Shown in pieces: positions 1 to 12,070 of a DNA stretch of 64,000 nt (positions are counted from its first letter, which is position 1; every line of letters begins with the position of its first letter). The DNA is from Felis catus (Eukaryota): NCBI RefSeq assembly GCF_018350175.1, contig NC_058368.1:110052001-110116000 (forward strand), read 5' to 3'. The position numbers and the translations under genes are program-made. Under the pieces are notes generated by a model. That model was not told the DNA's origin. It ran no database searches and worked only from the letters and a program-made list of their open reading frames with translations.

Positions 1-3000
1 GAGCCGGTCACAAGATGCGTTCTCTCTGGAAATGCACTGAGCTATACTCTTGTGATTTATTCATTTTCTGTGTGTGTTATACTTCAATAATATGTTTATT
101 TAAAAGAGGCAGCCTGGTGCTTCTCAGCATCTGAAAGATATTAGTTGCTTTGGGTAGGAGCTTCGTCCTTGGCCAGGCCCAGGGCTGGGCACACAGAAGA
201 GGGACTGGAGGGACTGGCAGTTCACAGGCAGGGGTCACTGACCTGGAGCAGCAGTGTGTCTGGTCTCTGGTCAAATCACCCTGGATTGGGCATCCTTTTG
301 GCCAGGCACCAAGTCATCTATCTTCCCTGGGGATGCTGCTTGTTAGCTCAGACCTGGGTCGCTGGGGAGGAGGATGGGTGTAGGGTGTGCTTTGCTGAGC
401 AGCTTGAGGAGAAGGAATGGAAGAGGCTGAGGGTCAGGGGGTCCTCGCTGGCCTAGGGTGTCCTGCCTCCCCTTCACACTCAGCTCCCGCGAGGTGTGTG
501 ATGCATGCTGAGTCCAGAGCTAAGGTGCCCTCCTAGAAATGCCCTCTCATGGAACACTGCCCCATGTTGCAGGCCTGGCTGGCAGTGGGTGACTCTTGGC
601 AAAGAGGTACTGGTGTGGAGGTAGCTGGCCAGTCGATGTGTTCTTGGTGAGAGTGTGCCATGGGCCCTGGCACCCAGGGGACCTCTGTGTAGCCCCAGGT
701 ATCAGGGCCTGGGAGTAAGGTCCTAGAACCTCTCACGGACCATGCCCTGGCCTGTTCTGCCTCAGTTTTCTCTTCCTGCTCTCCCACGGTTGTGAGGACT
801 GAAATGAGGGCTCAGGCCCAGGTGCAATTCAGACTCCATGGCCCTGGCTGCTTGGCTTGTGTGGCCCAGAAATGAGCATCAAGGGTCATGTGCTCAGAGG
901 GGACAAGATGGACCCTTCTGCAGCCACACCTCATGCTCCAGTGATGCCTGACTGGCCAGCCAGGACAGACGGCAAAGTTGAGCCTGCAGGCCTTGCGGCC
1001 CATAACTCTGAACCGAAGCAGTGTCCTGGCCTATCCTTCTGGGCACAGCTCAATCGTGCACTCCTAGAAAGCCGTCCGCCTTTCTGTGGCAATTAGGGTC
1101 CAGACTCCGCACTTGATTTTCAACATTAACTGCCCTGTGGTGCTAACTTGCTTTCCAACATGTGGTACATGCCCGCCAAACAGAGGGGCCCTAATGTGCC
1201 AACAATAGGAGCCTCAGGGACAGGAAGCATGTGGACCTTTCCTGTGGTTACTACACCTGCCACGACCGCATTGTTACTCACACTGGGTGCCTGGGGATGG
1301 ACTAATTGATCCTAGGCGACCTGACTTTCGGATAACACACGGAAGGAGCGGAGGGCGTTTTACTCCAAGGCAGGAGATAATTTATAACCAGTCTGAACAC
1401 CTGGCTTGGCAGAGATGGGAGACTCTGAAGCTCACCCCTGCTCTGTGAACTCACAAGCGCATGAATTACTGCCAGGCTTACCGTAACTGTAGATCGCAGG
1501 ATGAACACAGGCCAAAGAGGCAGGGGGTGAAGAACTCCATCATCTGGAGGCTCCAGAAAACACACTTACAACCTCCCAACAAAGCTGGGCTGTCCAGCTG
1601 AGGGAGGAGGTGGGAATGGGGGGAGGGGGGAATGAGCACAGCCAGCCCCGAATGGTGCTTAGGTCCTATCCCCACTCACTCAGAAGAGGCGCGCTGACAC
1701 CTGATGTACTTGGGGGCGCAGGTGCAACAAGCCCTGGGCCAGGCATTGGGGCACAGAGCGGACAAGAGGCCAATCCTCCCGGGCATGAGAATGCGGGCAC
1801 TGCTAGGCTGTGTCCTTCCTTCCCTCTTGCAGCTGGAGCAGGCTTGCACTCAGGGAGGTGTGGGGTGGGGGGGCTCCAGGCCCACATTGCTCAGCTCTGG
1901 GAAGCGTCCTTCCCAGTATGTCCTAGAGCCTCCAGCCCACCCTTACTCGACTGTGAGGCTGGGATGGGCACACTGGGCTGTGTCTCTGGACTAGCTGTGC
2001 ATGCTTATCAAGCAGACCATCAAGGGAAATCAGGCTTGCATCCTTAGGTGGGGGCTTCTGTCCCCGTGAGCCAAACAACAGAGCCAAATTTACATCTGCC
2101 AACTAAGAAGCAGGCTGTAAAGAATCCCCTGCAACTAAAGTGGGCACACTCTACACCTCGATTTTAAAAGGAGAAGGTAAAACAGGATGCAGGCGGCTGT
2201 GCTGGTGTGGCTGGGGGGCACTGACGCTGAATCAAAGCCCATGGCGAATTCACAGAGTGGGTCTGGGTCCACTTATCAGGATCAAATCCCCCGGAGCAAA
2301 TGGCCGTGATTATGGCTTTCAAATAACGTGGAAGAGCTAATGGATCACAGAAAATGGTGTGGGACTAAAAGTAAATACAAAATGAGGGAGTCTGCTGGCT
2401 TGGAGGTGGGGCTGCTGCATGGGAACACCGGCAGTAATTACATTCAAAACGCCACTCAAGTCTTAGGAGATTCTTCTCCCAGCTCAGGTCTTTAGTTTTC
2501 AGACCGCATGTTACACACTGGAGACTGTCCACCTCTCAGAGCTTTAAATACACACCACCAGCGAAGGATCATCATCCCATTTATCAGAAAGCAAACCTAA
2601 GAGCCGGAGAAGAGTCCTTTTCCAGATCACCTGGCTCGGTGGAGTTGATTTAACGTCTAAGTGACATGTACTAAACATCCTGGGGGTTTGAAGCAACAGA
2701 GATTGTTGAAAACAGTCATGGCACTTGTCTAGAAGTCATTCATACCTGTATGGCCCTAGAGAGTGTTTGGGTGGTTAGCATGTGTGTGGAGGGCGTTTGG
2801 CAGGGGAGGATGTTTGTGTATCACAGGCTGTGTATGAGTGTGAGACTCAATCCCCGGTGTGTCTGCCTCCTGGGTCACCCCTGGGGAAATGTCTGGCTGG
2901 CAGGTGAGCTCCACGGGGGTCTGGGCTGAATGGAGCCGGGGACTTCTGGTGTCCCTGCCTGCGTTGGGCATGGCACGATGGAGTGCCGGGCAAGCCATAC

Positions 3001-3437
3001 TTCCACAGGGGTCTGGTTTACGCTTTCTGCCTCTGTTGCCCCAGCCCACCCCACCACGTACGCTCTGAAAAGTGCCAACTGCCCAGGGATGGGGCACCTC
3101 ACTGGCTCTGCCTGTGAGTGGCCCTCAGATGGAGGCCCAGGTGCTCTCTCGGGAGCAGCTCCTGTGGGTGGGACATGAGCGGGACCCCCAGGACGGCCTC
3201 TTTGCCATGCTCCATCTTCCTGCTCTGGCATCCACAGGCACTGTCACATCTCATCACTGATGACAGTATCTGGCTGCTCCTCCTGCCACTGCCTTTCTGG
3301 CTTCCTAGAGCCTCTGGTTCTTTGGTTAAAGGGGAGACAGAAGCTGGATGGAGCGGATGGAGCTTCTGGCTGCTCCCCGTAGCGTCTCCTGTCAATCAAG
3401 GGCTGGAGCAGGGGAAGACTGGAGAGGTGTCCATGCA

Positions 3438-4270
3438 CTGCCCAGTCCAGACCCTCTCCTAAGCTCCAGACCTCATACCCTACTGCTGGCCTGACATCTC
3501 CCCACATTGTCCCGCAGGAACCCCAGACTCAACGTGGCCCACACTGAACCTACCAGCGAGATTGCCTCTTCTTTTACATCCCGACCCAGCCAGTGGCCCT
3601 ACACCAAAGCCCTCAGCTGTCCAAACCACACATCACACATTGCCCCTGAAATCCCACCCATCCCTGGCCCATTGATCCTGGCTCAGGCCATTTCTGCCTC
3701 TTGAGTGTTTCCTGACGGCTCCAGTTGCCCTCACTGCTACCGACTCTATTTCAGTTCAAGGAAACCATTGACACTACTTGGATGATTATTTCACCATGGT
3801 TAGCCCTCAGACTTGAGTCTTGTCCCAGTCGAATCCCCTCTACTGAGCACCTGGAGGAATCTTTGGGGGACTCCCAACTGCCCTCAGGGTAAAGTCAAGC
3901 TGCTCCCTTTGGCCTGCAGCTCTCCGGCCTCACCTGGCCTCTCCCCACTCACAAACCTGAGCCCCCTTCATCATCTCGAACTGGCCCGGCATCACCTCTG
4001 GGCCTTGGCACCACAGTCCTACCTCTTGGCAAATTCCTTATCATCTCTGGGTCTCAGGTGGCACACTGCTTCCCTGTACCTCCCTTCCCCACTGCTCCTG
4101 GCTGGGTTCACATGCCGATGTGTCCTCACAGTGCCCTGGGCACCCCCTTCCCAACATTTATCATCTCTGCTTCCTCTCCCTGTCCACCACACCCTTCTTG
4201 TCATGGCCTGGGAGCCAGCGGGCACTGTGGCAGGTGATTAGCACACAGCCAGCATATGACAGACAAAGGA
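3438..4270 (+). mobile_element. Ancient LINE-2 fragment (3' portion)
   Basis: Pyrimidine-rich sequence resembling the L2 consensus (ccagaccctctcctaagctccagacc...acatctcc...ccagactcaacgtggccc; cctggccttggcacc). Boundaries are approximate. Confidence 0.65.
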
Positions 4271-6049
4271 AGGACCAAATGGACGGACATGTGACTTTTG
4301 TCCACAGTTGCTTCTATTGAGACATACATACGTTTCCTTCTGACCCCAGGTCCAGGATGCCATAGAACAACCACTGGGTCAGTCCCTGAGATGGCTGGGT
4401 TAAATGAATATAGATATTCCATGCCTTCTGCCTCTACCTAGAACCTTCTCTAGTCAAACCCAACTTCTTGACATAAGTGGGGGCAAGAGGAGAGAATCAG
4501 TATGACTAACGAGGTCCATGCATGAGATGCTCAGACCTTCTCTCCCTGAGCCCCATTTCCTCATCCGGGCAAAGGGGATCTCTGTCCTCGGGGCTCTTGC
4601 AGGGGTCAGTGGCCCAGGACAGCATATCACCTGACACAGAGGAGAAGCACCCTGGATGGCAGGGAAATCTTCTTTCCATTTTTCATGGGTAAGATTCCTG
4701 AGACCTGTGCAGTGTGGGGTGAGTGTGGGATCCATGGAAGGTTCTGGAATGTGACTTCTTTCCAAAGAAAACACCTCCAGGGCAACATCCCTTTCCCTTA
4801 TGGCACTGAGGAGGGCACCCATGAAATGACTGTAATGGAAATATAAACTGTCCTACTTCAAAGCACTTTGATATTTTATAATGACCATTATAAACCTGTT
4901 CTCTGCATATCACATAAATACCTCAGCCCCACACCACATTTCCTGGTATCTCTAAAGACACCAGGAGAAAAGCAGGGGAGCTATAAAAGAAACATAAAAA
5001 ATGCAGTTGCAGATGAGCCTAAAACTCATTTCTTTGAAGCTTAATTGATGGGAAAAGCTTCTGGCCCCAGAGAACTTAAAGGCCCATCACGTAGATATGT
5101 GATTAAGTGTCCCCGTATCGCGGACCACACTAAACTGGAAGTCATTACCCGGTAATTGCAAATACATTAATAAAATGATGATGTGGGTTTGCTCAGGACA
5201 TAAAGAAAGAATGAAATAATTCACTCAGATAACTCGACAAAAATGCAGGGTCAGTCCCTGAGACGGCTGGAAACAAGGGCTGTTTGGGTCTCAGTCTGAC
5301 CAGCCCTCTGGAGAGGGGGCCCAGGCCTCTGTATAGAGGAGCTCTCAGGTCGATGGAAACAAAGTCAGCCTTTGGACCCACTGTGAGGCTTCCTGAAGGT
5401 TCATGTGTGACATGTGAAGGTCCTCTGAAATTACTGTCCAGGGGACCTCCAGCCACTGATGTCACACAGCCAGAAAGGGAGGCTTAGGGCTCTTTCAACA
5501 GGGCTCCCTGGGAAGCTTCTCCAGCCCCTGTCCTAAACAACCATAGGAGAAAAACAGAAACAAAAACAAAAACCCACACATGTGCGGGAATTCAGACGCA
5601 TTTGCTTTCAGTGCCCACAGTCTGAGACGAAGCCTAGAGGACCATCCTGCACTGACAGCCAGCTTCCCAGTGGACACTAGTCGGGTTCAGCCTCTGGCTC
5701 TCAGACCTCAGAGCACAGCCAAAGTTCACCAGCCTCTTCCAGCACTTCACATACACGTGGACTCCCTGCCAAGCCCCCGTGAGGGTGGGTGTGTGTGAGT
5801 ATGGGGGGAGAGGAGGAGAAGGGGGTGAGGCAGGTGTCATGGAGGGCTTTCAGCGGGAACCTCCTTCCTCTCTCCCCTCTTCTTATCAGCAGGTGGAGCA
5901 CACCCACCTCCCAACACTTTAGCACCAACTTCAGATCCCATTACCTCCCTGCACCTCTACCCCAGGCCCTGCTCTCTGCTCATCTGTGATGCTTGTGTCC
6001 TGCCAGCACCCACTGTGAAACATTCTTCCTCTAAGACACCCTAGCTACA

Positions 6050-6150
6050 AACCCTGGATGTACCACCTACAAGCTGTGTGATCTCAGGTAAGTTGCCTAA
6101 CCTCTCTGAAGGCCATCCATAATGCAAGAACAGTAAGAGTACTTATCTTA
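6050..6150 (+). mobile_element. MIR SINE fragment
   Basis: MIR core-like sequence agctgtgtgatctcaggtaagttgcctaacctctctga. Confidence 0.65.
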
Positions 6151-6966
6151 CTGACATATCAGAAGTCTTTAGCATATTGCAGTCAACCTCCACCCCCAGG
6201 TCTACCAAAGTGCAGGTACCTGGACCAGGTACATGAGAGGGCCTAGGAGCTGCTCCAGCACAGGCACCCACGGCTTCCCATGTGACCTTCCCAGCACCTG
6301 AGCTGCCTGTCCACAGCACTGTCCCAGAGAGGGCCCATCAGATCCCAGGGACCGATGGAGAGCTGGGACCGGACGTTGAGCAGACAGGAAGGACTACTGG
6401 CAGGGACTGCCCCAGGGGAGGCGGGTCTGGAGAGTCTGAGGCAGGATCGCTTGAAGCTCAAGGAACAGCAGGCTTAGAACCAGGAGGAAAGAAGGTACCA
6501 GGCCCTCATGTGACCAGAGAGATTGGCAGGAGCGGGAATGTGAGGAGAGGCCTGTGAGGGTCAGAGAGTGCAGGGAAGGGGATGGAGCAAAGACAGCTTG
6601 GAGCCAGAGGAACCTCACGGTGCCATCGCCGAGCAAAGCACACTGTCAGGAAAAGCGTGGCATCTTGCATAACTCATCCCTGAGCGAGCAGCATCCTTCG
6701 TCTTTCACTTACACTACCCCAGGAAGGAGGCAAGCTGTCGACTTGCTCATTTGCTATATTATCACTCCACACACCCAAGGAGGAAAAACATTGGGAGTTG
6801 GCTCCTGCTTGTGGGCTCTGGCAGGGGCGGTGTGTGTGGGACCAGGCACACGGGAGAACCCTGACTGGGAGCCGCCTGCGACTTTCTCTGGAAGGCCTGC
6901 CAGGCAGGCCCTGCTCAACAAGATGCTGCTGGAGGGCTGGGGCACTGCAGGCCTCTAGGCTTCCAC

Positions 6967-7516
6967 AGCACGCACGTGCACACACACACACATGCATACA
7001 TATGCAAGCACACGCACACACATGCATGCACACACACGAATACGCACATGCAAACACCACACATGTGCACACCCATGCACACACATACACACACAATGCA
7101 CGCACACATACATGAAAGCACGCACAGGGGCGCCTGGGTGGCGCAGTCGGTTAAGCGTCCGACTTCAACCAGGTCACAATCTCGCGGTCCGTGAGTTCGA
7201 GCCCCGCGTCGGGCTGTGGGCTGATGGCTCAGAGCCTGGAGCCTGTTTCTGATTCTGTGTCTCCCTCTCTCTCTGCCCCTCCCCCGTTCATGCTCTGTCT
7301 CTCTCTGTCCCAAAAAAATAAATAAACATTGGAAAAAAAAAAAAAAAGAAAGCACGCACATACACATATGCACACACATGCATACTCACATGCAAACACC
7401 ACATACATGTGCACACACATGCATGCACACCCACATGCACGCACACATACATACAAACACAAACATGCACACACGTGCACACACACATACACATGCAGGT
7501 GCACACACGTACACAC
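6967..7516. repeat. Degenerate (CA)n/CATG-rich purine-pyrimidine alternating tract, interrupted by a SINE
   Basis: cacacacatgcatacatatgc... runs on both sides of the SINE at 7127-7347. Confidence 0.9.
7127..7347 (+). mobile_element. Young felid tRNA-derived SINE (SINEC_Fc-like)
   Basis: Head GGGGCGCCTGGGTGGCGCAGTCGGTTAAGCG, intact A box and B box (GAGTTCGAGCC), CT-rich tract, AATAAA and polyA. Perfect 13-bp TSD GAAAGCACGCACA at 7114-7126 and 7348-7360. Confidence 0.97.
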
Positions 7517-7771
7517 AGAACAAGAAGAGGGCAGTGATACAGGGATAACATGTGGGCACGGGCTGGTGGGCACAGGAAGGGGTGGGATTGTTCTTCTGTG
7601 GCCTTCACACCTGCAGCGGCTAGAATAGATGGGACATCAGGCAGAGCTACTCAGGGCCCGGGATGGGGTGGCTGATGGGCCCCAAGGAGACCTGTACCTT
7701 CATGGATGCCTACCTTCGAGGCTTGTGTGCTTGTGTCTGCTGGTAGCCCCCTACTGAATTGAAAATGTCCT

Positions 7772-7968
7772 GGGGCACCTGAGTGGCTCAGTCAGTTAAG
7801 CATCTGACTCTTGGTTTTGCCTCAGGTCATGACCTCATGGTTTATGAGTTCAGCCCTGTGTTGGGCTCTGCTCTGACTGTGTGAAGCCTGCTTGGGATTC
7901 TCTCTCTGCCCCTCCCACACGCTCTCTCTCTCAAAAATAATAAATTAAAAAAAATTTATTAAAAAAAA
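7772..7968 (+). mobile_element. Older carnivore SINE (CanSINE/SINEC)
   Basis: ggggcacctgagtggctcagtcagttaagcatctgactctt head, CT tract and A-rich tail. Confidence 0.92.
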
Positions 7969-8066
7969 TGGAAGTGTCCCTGGCATAGCTCACTGTTGGA
8001 GACAAAAGAGTGAAAGGGTCCTTTTTGCTGAGCCTGTTGGTAGTGGGGGTATTTTCCCCTGATGGA

Positions 8067-8159
8067 GAAGGGAAGGGAAGGGAAGGGAAGGGAAGGGAAG
8101 GGAAGGGAAGGGAAGGGAAGGGAAGGGAAGGGAAGGGAAGGGAAGGAAGGGAAGGGAAG
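8067..8159. repeat. (GGAAG)n pentanucleotide microsatellite, polypurine/polypyrimidine
   Basis: 14 perfect GGAAG units at 8071-8140, plus degenerate flanking units. Confidence 0.98.
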
Positions 8160-10833
8160 AAGGGTTCAAACCCAGGCAATGGGGCTGAATCTCATCCCTA
8201 TGCTGCACTGTGGCTCATTTAGTTATAAAATTAGAAAGAGCCCAAGGTGCCAGGCAAACGTCTATTAAAATCGAACAACTAAATCATAGCCCTCAAAGTT
8301 GTTGCTTCATGAGGATCATGAGACAATATGGAAAAAGGAAAAAATAATCATCAGAAATTCTCAAACCTCAAACCACAAGGCCATCTCTATCCCTTCAGTC
8401 CTTTGCCTTCCAGCTGCATGTTTTTGTGTCACAGCAATCACGGCACGCAAAGCACCCCAAATTCTGCCTTTTTAACTGTCTCCCAGAAGACTCTTGTTTC
8501 TGGATGCTCACAGATCCTGACCTTCCAAGGAGAGCTGGGAGAGCTCTTCCAAGGAAAAGCCCAGTGTCTATCATCATCCTAATGACCATGAGGGTTGGGG
8601 CCTTTCCTCTGTTCTGAGGAAAAACAGTCCGGGGAGCACCCTGCCAGCCCTTGAGGATGGCGGCTATATCATGAGATATATGAGTTATAATGAAGGCTCA
8701 GACCATAAGGTCCTGGAAAAGTCTGTTGCATTTCAATTAGCAAGAAGCGAAGCAGAAGGCATAGATTTTCCTAGCAACTCTGGAAAAACACAGAAGGTTT
8801 ATGGATGTACCCTGCGAGTCCTCTGTGAGCAGGACAGAGGGACAGTTGAAGCTGGCTCTGATGGGGAATGTCTTCTCTGGGCCACTAGCTGTGCCAGCAG
8901 AGGACTGGGGGCTGGGCACAGACGTGGAGGCCGCACGAGGCTGGCCAGCATCTGGGCTCCCTTCGAGGTTGGCTCAGAGCCACCTCTCTGTCCGAGGAAC
9001 ACGTGAGCAGGCCCAGAGTGTCCCACAGAACATGGAATATAGAGAACTTTTCCAATATGCTCTCATCTTTCTGAATCCTGGGGTCTGAGAATTTCAGATC
9101 TTCTAAAACCACAGGTGTCAAAAAATACACGTTTTGGTCAAACTGCTTAGCACAATTGAAAGACAAACTCTGACCCTATAGTTGAAATATAAAGTGTTTA
9201 TCACTGGGGGCCACAGTTTGGTGATATTTGTTTTGATGTGTTCAAGGCAGTAAGAGATATTTTTATTAGGGGTACAGTTTCCATTTACTGGGCTTCTATT
9301 TACTCTGCGAGACCTAATTCTGTATTGTTATTCTGAAGGCAACACCGCTTGAATTCAATCGCTAGGTTGTGAATTTCCTCCAGCAACTTCTATTTAGTCA
9401 AGGCCAGAATCTCAGTGGGTGGTAATAAATATCAAAGTACAAGATGGTTGAAGGAAGCAAAGTAAAAAAAAACCTAAATCAAATATGATTATTGATCAAC
9501 ACTGAACTGCCTTAATCATCTCTATGCTAATTCCAGATATATACATACATATTGGCATTTTTATTACAGAAATACATTGACATTTTCAGCTGAGAAACTA
9601 TATCGAGCCATTCAAAATTACAATCTTCGGAGAACAGCAAATAAATAAAAATACAGTAAAAGGCACAGAACAGAAAATGCAGTGAATTCTTACAGGCATG
9701 AGATAGCCTGTGAAAATTAGCTGGAATGAAACTTTTCAGATGTGTAATGCGGCATGACTTTTCACAAAGGTTTGAAAGCAATATATGCATATCATAAAAA
9801 CAAGACGCCCAAACCTTAGATCAATTAGGCAGTCTTTCTTGCCCCTTTCCTGAGGGAGAAATCCAACCCCAGATCCCTTCCTGTTATTTCTGACCTAAAT
9901 GATCTATAACATTAATTTTTACCTTGTTGCATTCTGTAACTATAGGTAATAAGCCTAAGTTTCTATACACTGACACTCAAAATGCAAAAGAATACAGAGA
10001 TTACCAATACTCTGATGACGTAACCATCCTCCACAGGAAGACACAGCGAACCACACCTCAGGGAGGGAAGGAAAGCCCAGGGGACCCACCTGTGCTGCCT
10101 GAAGGAGACTGTGCTATAGGCTTCATGGGCATAGTTCTCTTGTTTCCCTTTCCTCCGATAATGCAACATTGGGACACATCTTAGATTGCCATATATTTAT
10201 CCAGGCCTTTCTTGTTGGCAATTTGATTTTCCCAGAATTTTGAACTGCCTTGAAAAATGTATAAAGATTCATTTTTTTTTTTTTTAGAGCTACTTAATCT
10301 TATTTCTGTGAAATGGAATCCGTTTTCTGGTTGAGGACTGTGTTCTCAGGACCTTGTGCCTTCCTCTTCTTACGTGATGATGTGCCTCCGTATCCTAGGT
10401 GGTTGGCCCACCTGTCCTAGCTGGGATTTCCTTTCATGACACATGTGAATTAGTTCTGTGGTTTCTTGGACCAGCTCTTCTTTTCAGATTACTTTTCTGT
10501 TTTACTACATTATGCTTCCCTGCCCCACCCCATCCCTGCTCTTTGTCAGTCAAGAGGAAGGTAATTTTTGATGTCCTTCTTGTCTGAGAATGTCTTTATG
10601 TGGTATAGGATTCTAGGGAGAAACTGTTTTCCCTCAGAAATTGGAAGGCAATCGCTTCACTGCTTTCTAGTGTCGACAAGGCCTATGTGATAACAGTGGT
10701 TCTTGAGTATTTGTGGATGACATGTCTTTTCTCTCTGGAAGCCTTTAGAATCTTCTCTCCATCCTTGATGTTCTTAGATTTCAAGGAGATACGCAGCTGT
10801 GGATCTTCTTTTTTTAAAAGTTTATTTGTTTAA

Positions 10834-11040
10834 GGGTGCCTGGGTGGCTTAGTTGGTTGAGCCTCTCTGGCTTTGGCTCAGGTCACAATCTCGCGGTCCA
10901 TGGGTTTGAGCCCCACACTGGGCTCTATGCCGACAGCTCAGAGCCTGGAGCGTGCCTCGGATTCTGTGTCTTCCTCTCTCTCTCTGCCCCTCTTCTGCTC
11001 TTTCTCTCTCTCAAAAATAAATAAAAAATTAAAAAAAAAT
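10834..11040 (+). mobile_element. Carnivore SINE inserted in the tail of an antisense SINE
   Basis: gggtgcctgggtggcttagttggttgag head and A-rich tail. Flanked by the imperfect duplication aaagtttattt(g/a)ttt. Confidence 0.93.
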
Positions 11041-11222
11041 AAAGTTTATTTATTTTTGAGGTGGGGGGAGAGGCAGAGGGAGAGGGAGAGAGAGAGAATC
11101 CCAGGCAGCCTCCATGCTTAGCTTGGAGGCCCATGTGTGGCTCAAGTCCATGACCGTGAGATTATGACCTAAGCCAATATCAAGAGTCGGACGCTTCAAT
11201 GACTGAGCCACCCAAGTGGTCC
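11041..11222 (-). mobile_element. Carnivore SINE (antisense)
   Basis: tttatttatttttgag...(GA)n...gactgagccacccaag, the reverse complement of the SINE consensus. Confidence 0.9.
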
Positions 11223-11625
11223 TCGAACTTCTTTCATTCCCTCTGCTCGGTTCTCAGTGGGTCTTTCCATCTGAAGGTCTATGTCAGTTCAGCTCTCGGG
11301 ACTTTTCTTCTGTTATTCTTTCCCTAATTTCCCCCCTCAAGTCTCTCTGTGACTAGTCTGACTGATTCCATGGATATTGGTGCCCTTGGCTTGACTGTCC
11401 ATATCTCTCAGTTTTTCTGTCTCCTTCTCTTTTAAAATGTGTATTATGTGATACTTCCTTTGACTTTTTCTTTGACTCCTTCTACTGAAGTTTAGATTTT
11501 AGCAACTGTATTTTAATTTCCAAAATTTATTTCTTGTTCTAGTCTTCTTTTTCCTAGCAGCACTTTCTCATTTTATAGAAACATTATCTTCTAAAGTCTA
11601 AGAGTTTATTAGATTAACCTATTTT

Positions 11626-11843
11626 GGGGCGCCTGGGTGGCTCAGTTGGTAAAGCGTCTGACCTTGGCTCAGGTCATGATTTCGTGGTTTGTGAGTTCAA
11701 GCCCTGTGTCAGGCTCTGTGCTGACAGCTCAGAGCCTGGAGCCTGCTTCTGATTCTGTGTCTTCCTCTCTCTCTCTGCCCCTCCCATGCTCATGCTCTGT
11801 CTCTATCTGTCAATAATAAACATTAAAAAAATTAAAAAGAAAA
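11626..11843 (+). mobile_element. Felid/carnivore SINE
   Basis: Full head, CT tract and polyA. 15-bp TSD AGATTAA(C/T)CTATTTT at 11611-11625 and 11844-11858. Confidence 0.95.
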
Positions 11844-11885
11844 AGATTAATCTATTTTGCTTTTGTTCCATATCCCCCATGGATC

Positions 11886-12070
11886 TTTTTTTTTTTTTAA
11901 GTTTATTTATTTATTTTGAGAGAGAGAGAGGAGAGAGGGAGAGAGAGAATCTCAAGAAGGCTCTGTACTTTCAATGTGGAGCCTAATGCAGGGCTTGAAC
12001 TCATGAACCTCAAGGTCATGACCTGAGCTGAAACCAAGAGTCAGTCACTTAACTGAGCCCCCAGGCACCC
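11886..12070 (-). mobile_element. Carnivore SINE (antisense)
   Basis: polyT, (GA)n and ...cttaactgagcccccaggcaccc end. Confidence 0.9.

Larger units (their letters stand above)
10230..11610 (-). mobile_element. Highly decayed antisense L1M/HAL1-like fragment, interrupted by SINEs
   Basis: T-rich sequence with motifs typical of the antisense ancient L1/HAL1 ORF1 region (gtctgagaatgtcttt...tataggattctagg...ttttccctcag...ttggaaggc; ctctctggaagcctttagaatcttctct). Confidence 0.5.

Noticed and set aside
77..1543. Coding C-terminus DDGVLHPLPLWPVFILRSTVT-MLRSTRLPLLNKHIIEV* from joining two candidate exons
   Set aside because: The join is in frame, but the peptide is unrecognised, no upstream coding exons were found, and an AATAAA lies inside the reading frame. 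It is kept only as part of the lncRNA hypothesis.
7127..7205. tRNA gene-like sequence, here and at other SINE heads
   Set aside because: The A/B boxes belong to tRNA-derived carnivore SINEs followed by CT tracts, polyA and TSDs. They are not tRNA genes.
6674..8268. His/Thr-, Cys/Val- and GKGRE/PSLPF-repeat ORFs
   Set aside because: They are translation artefacts of (CA)n and (GGAAG)n microsatellites.
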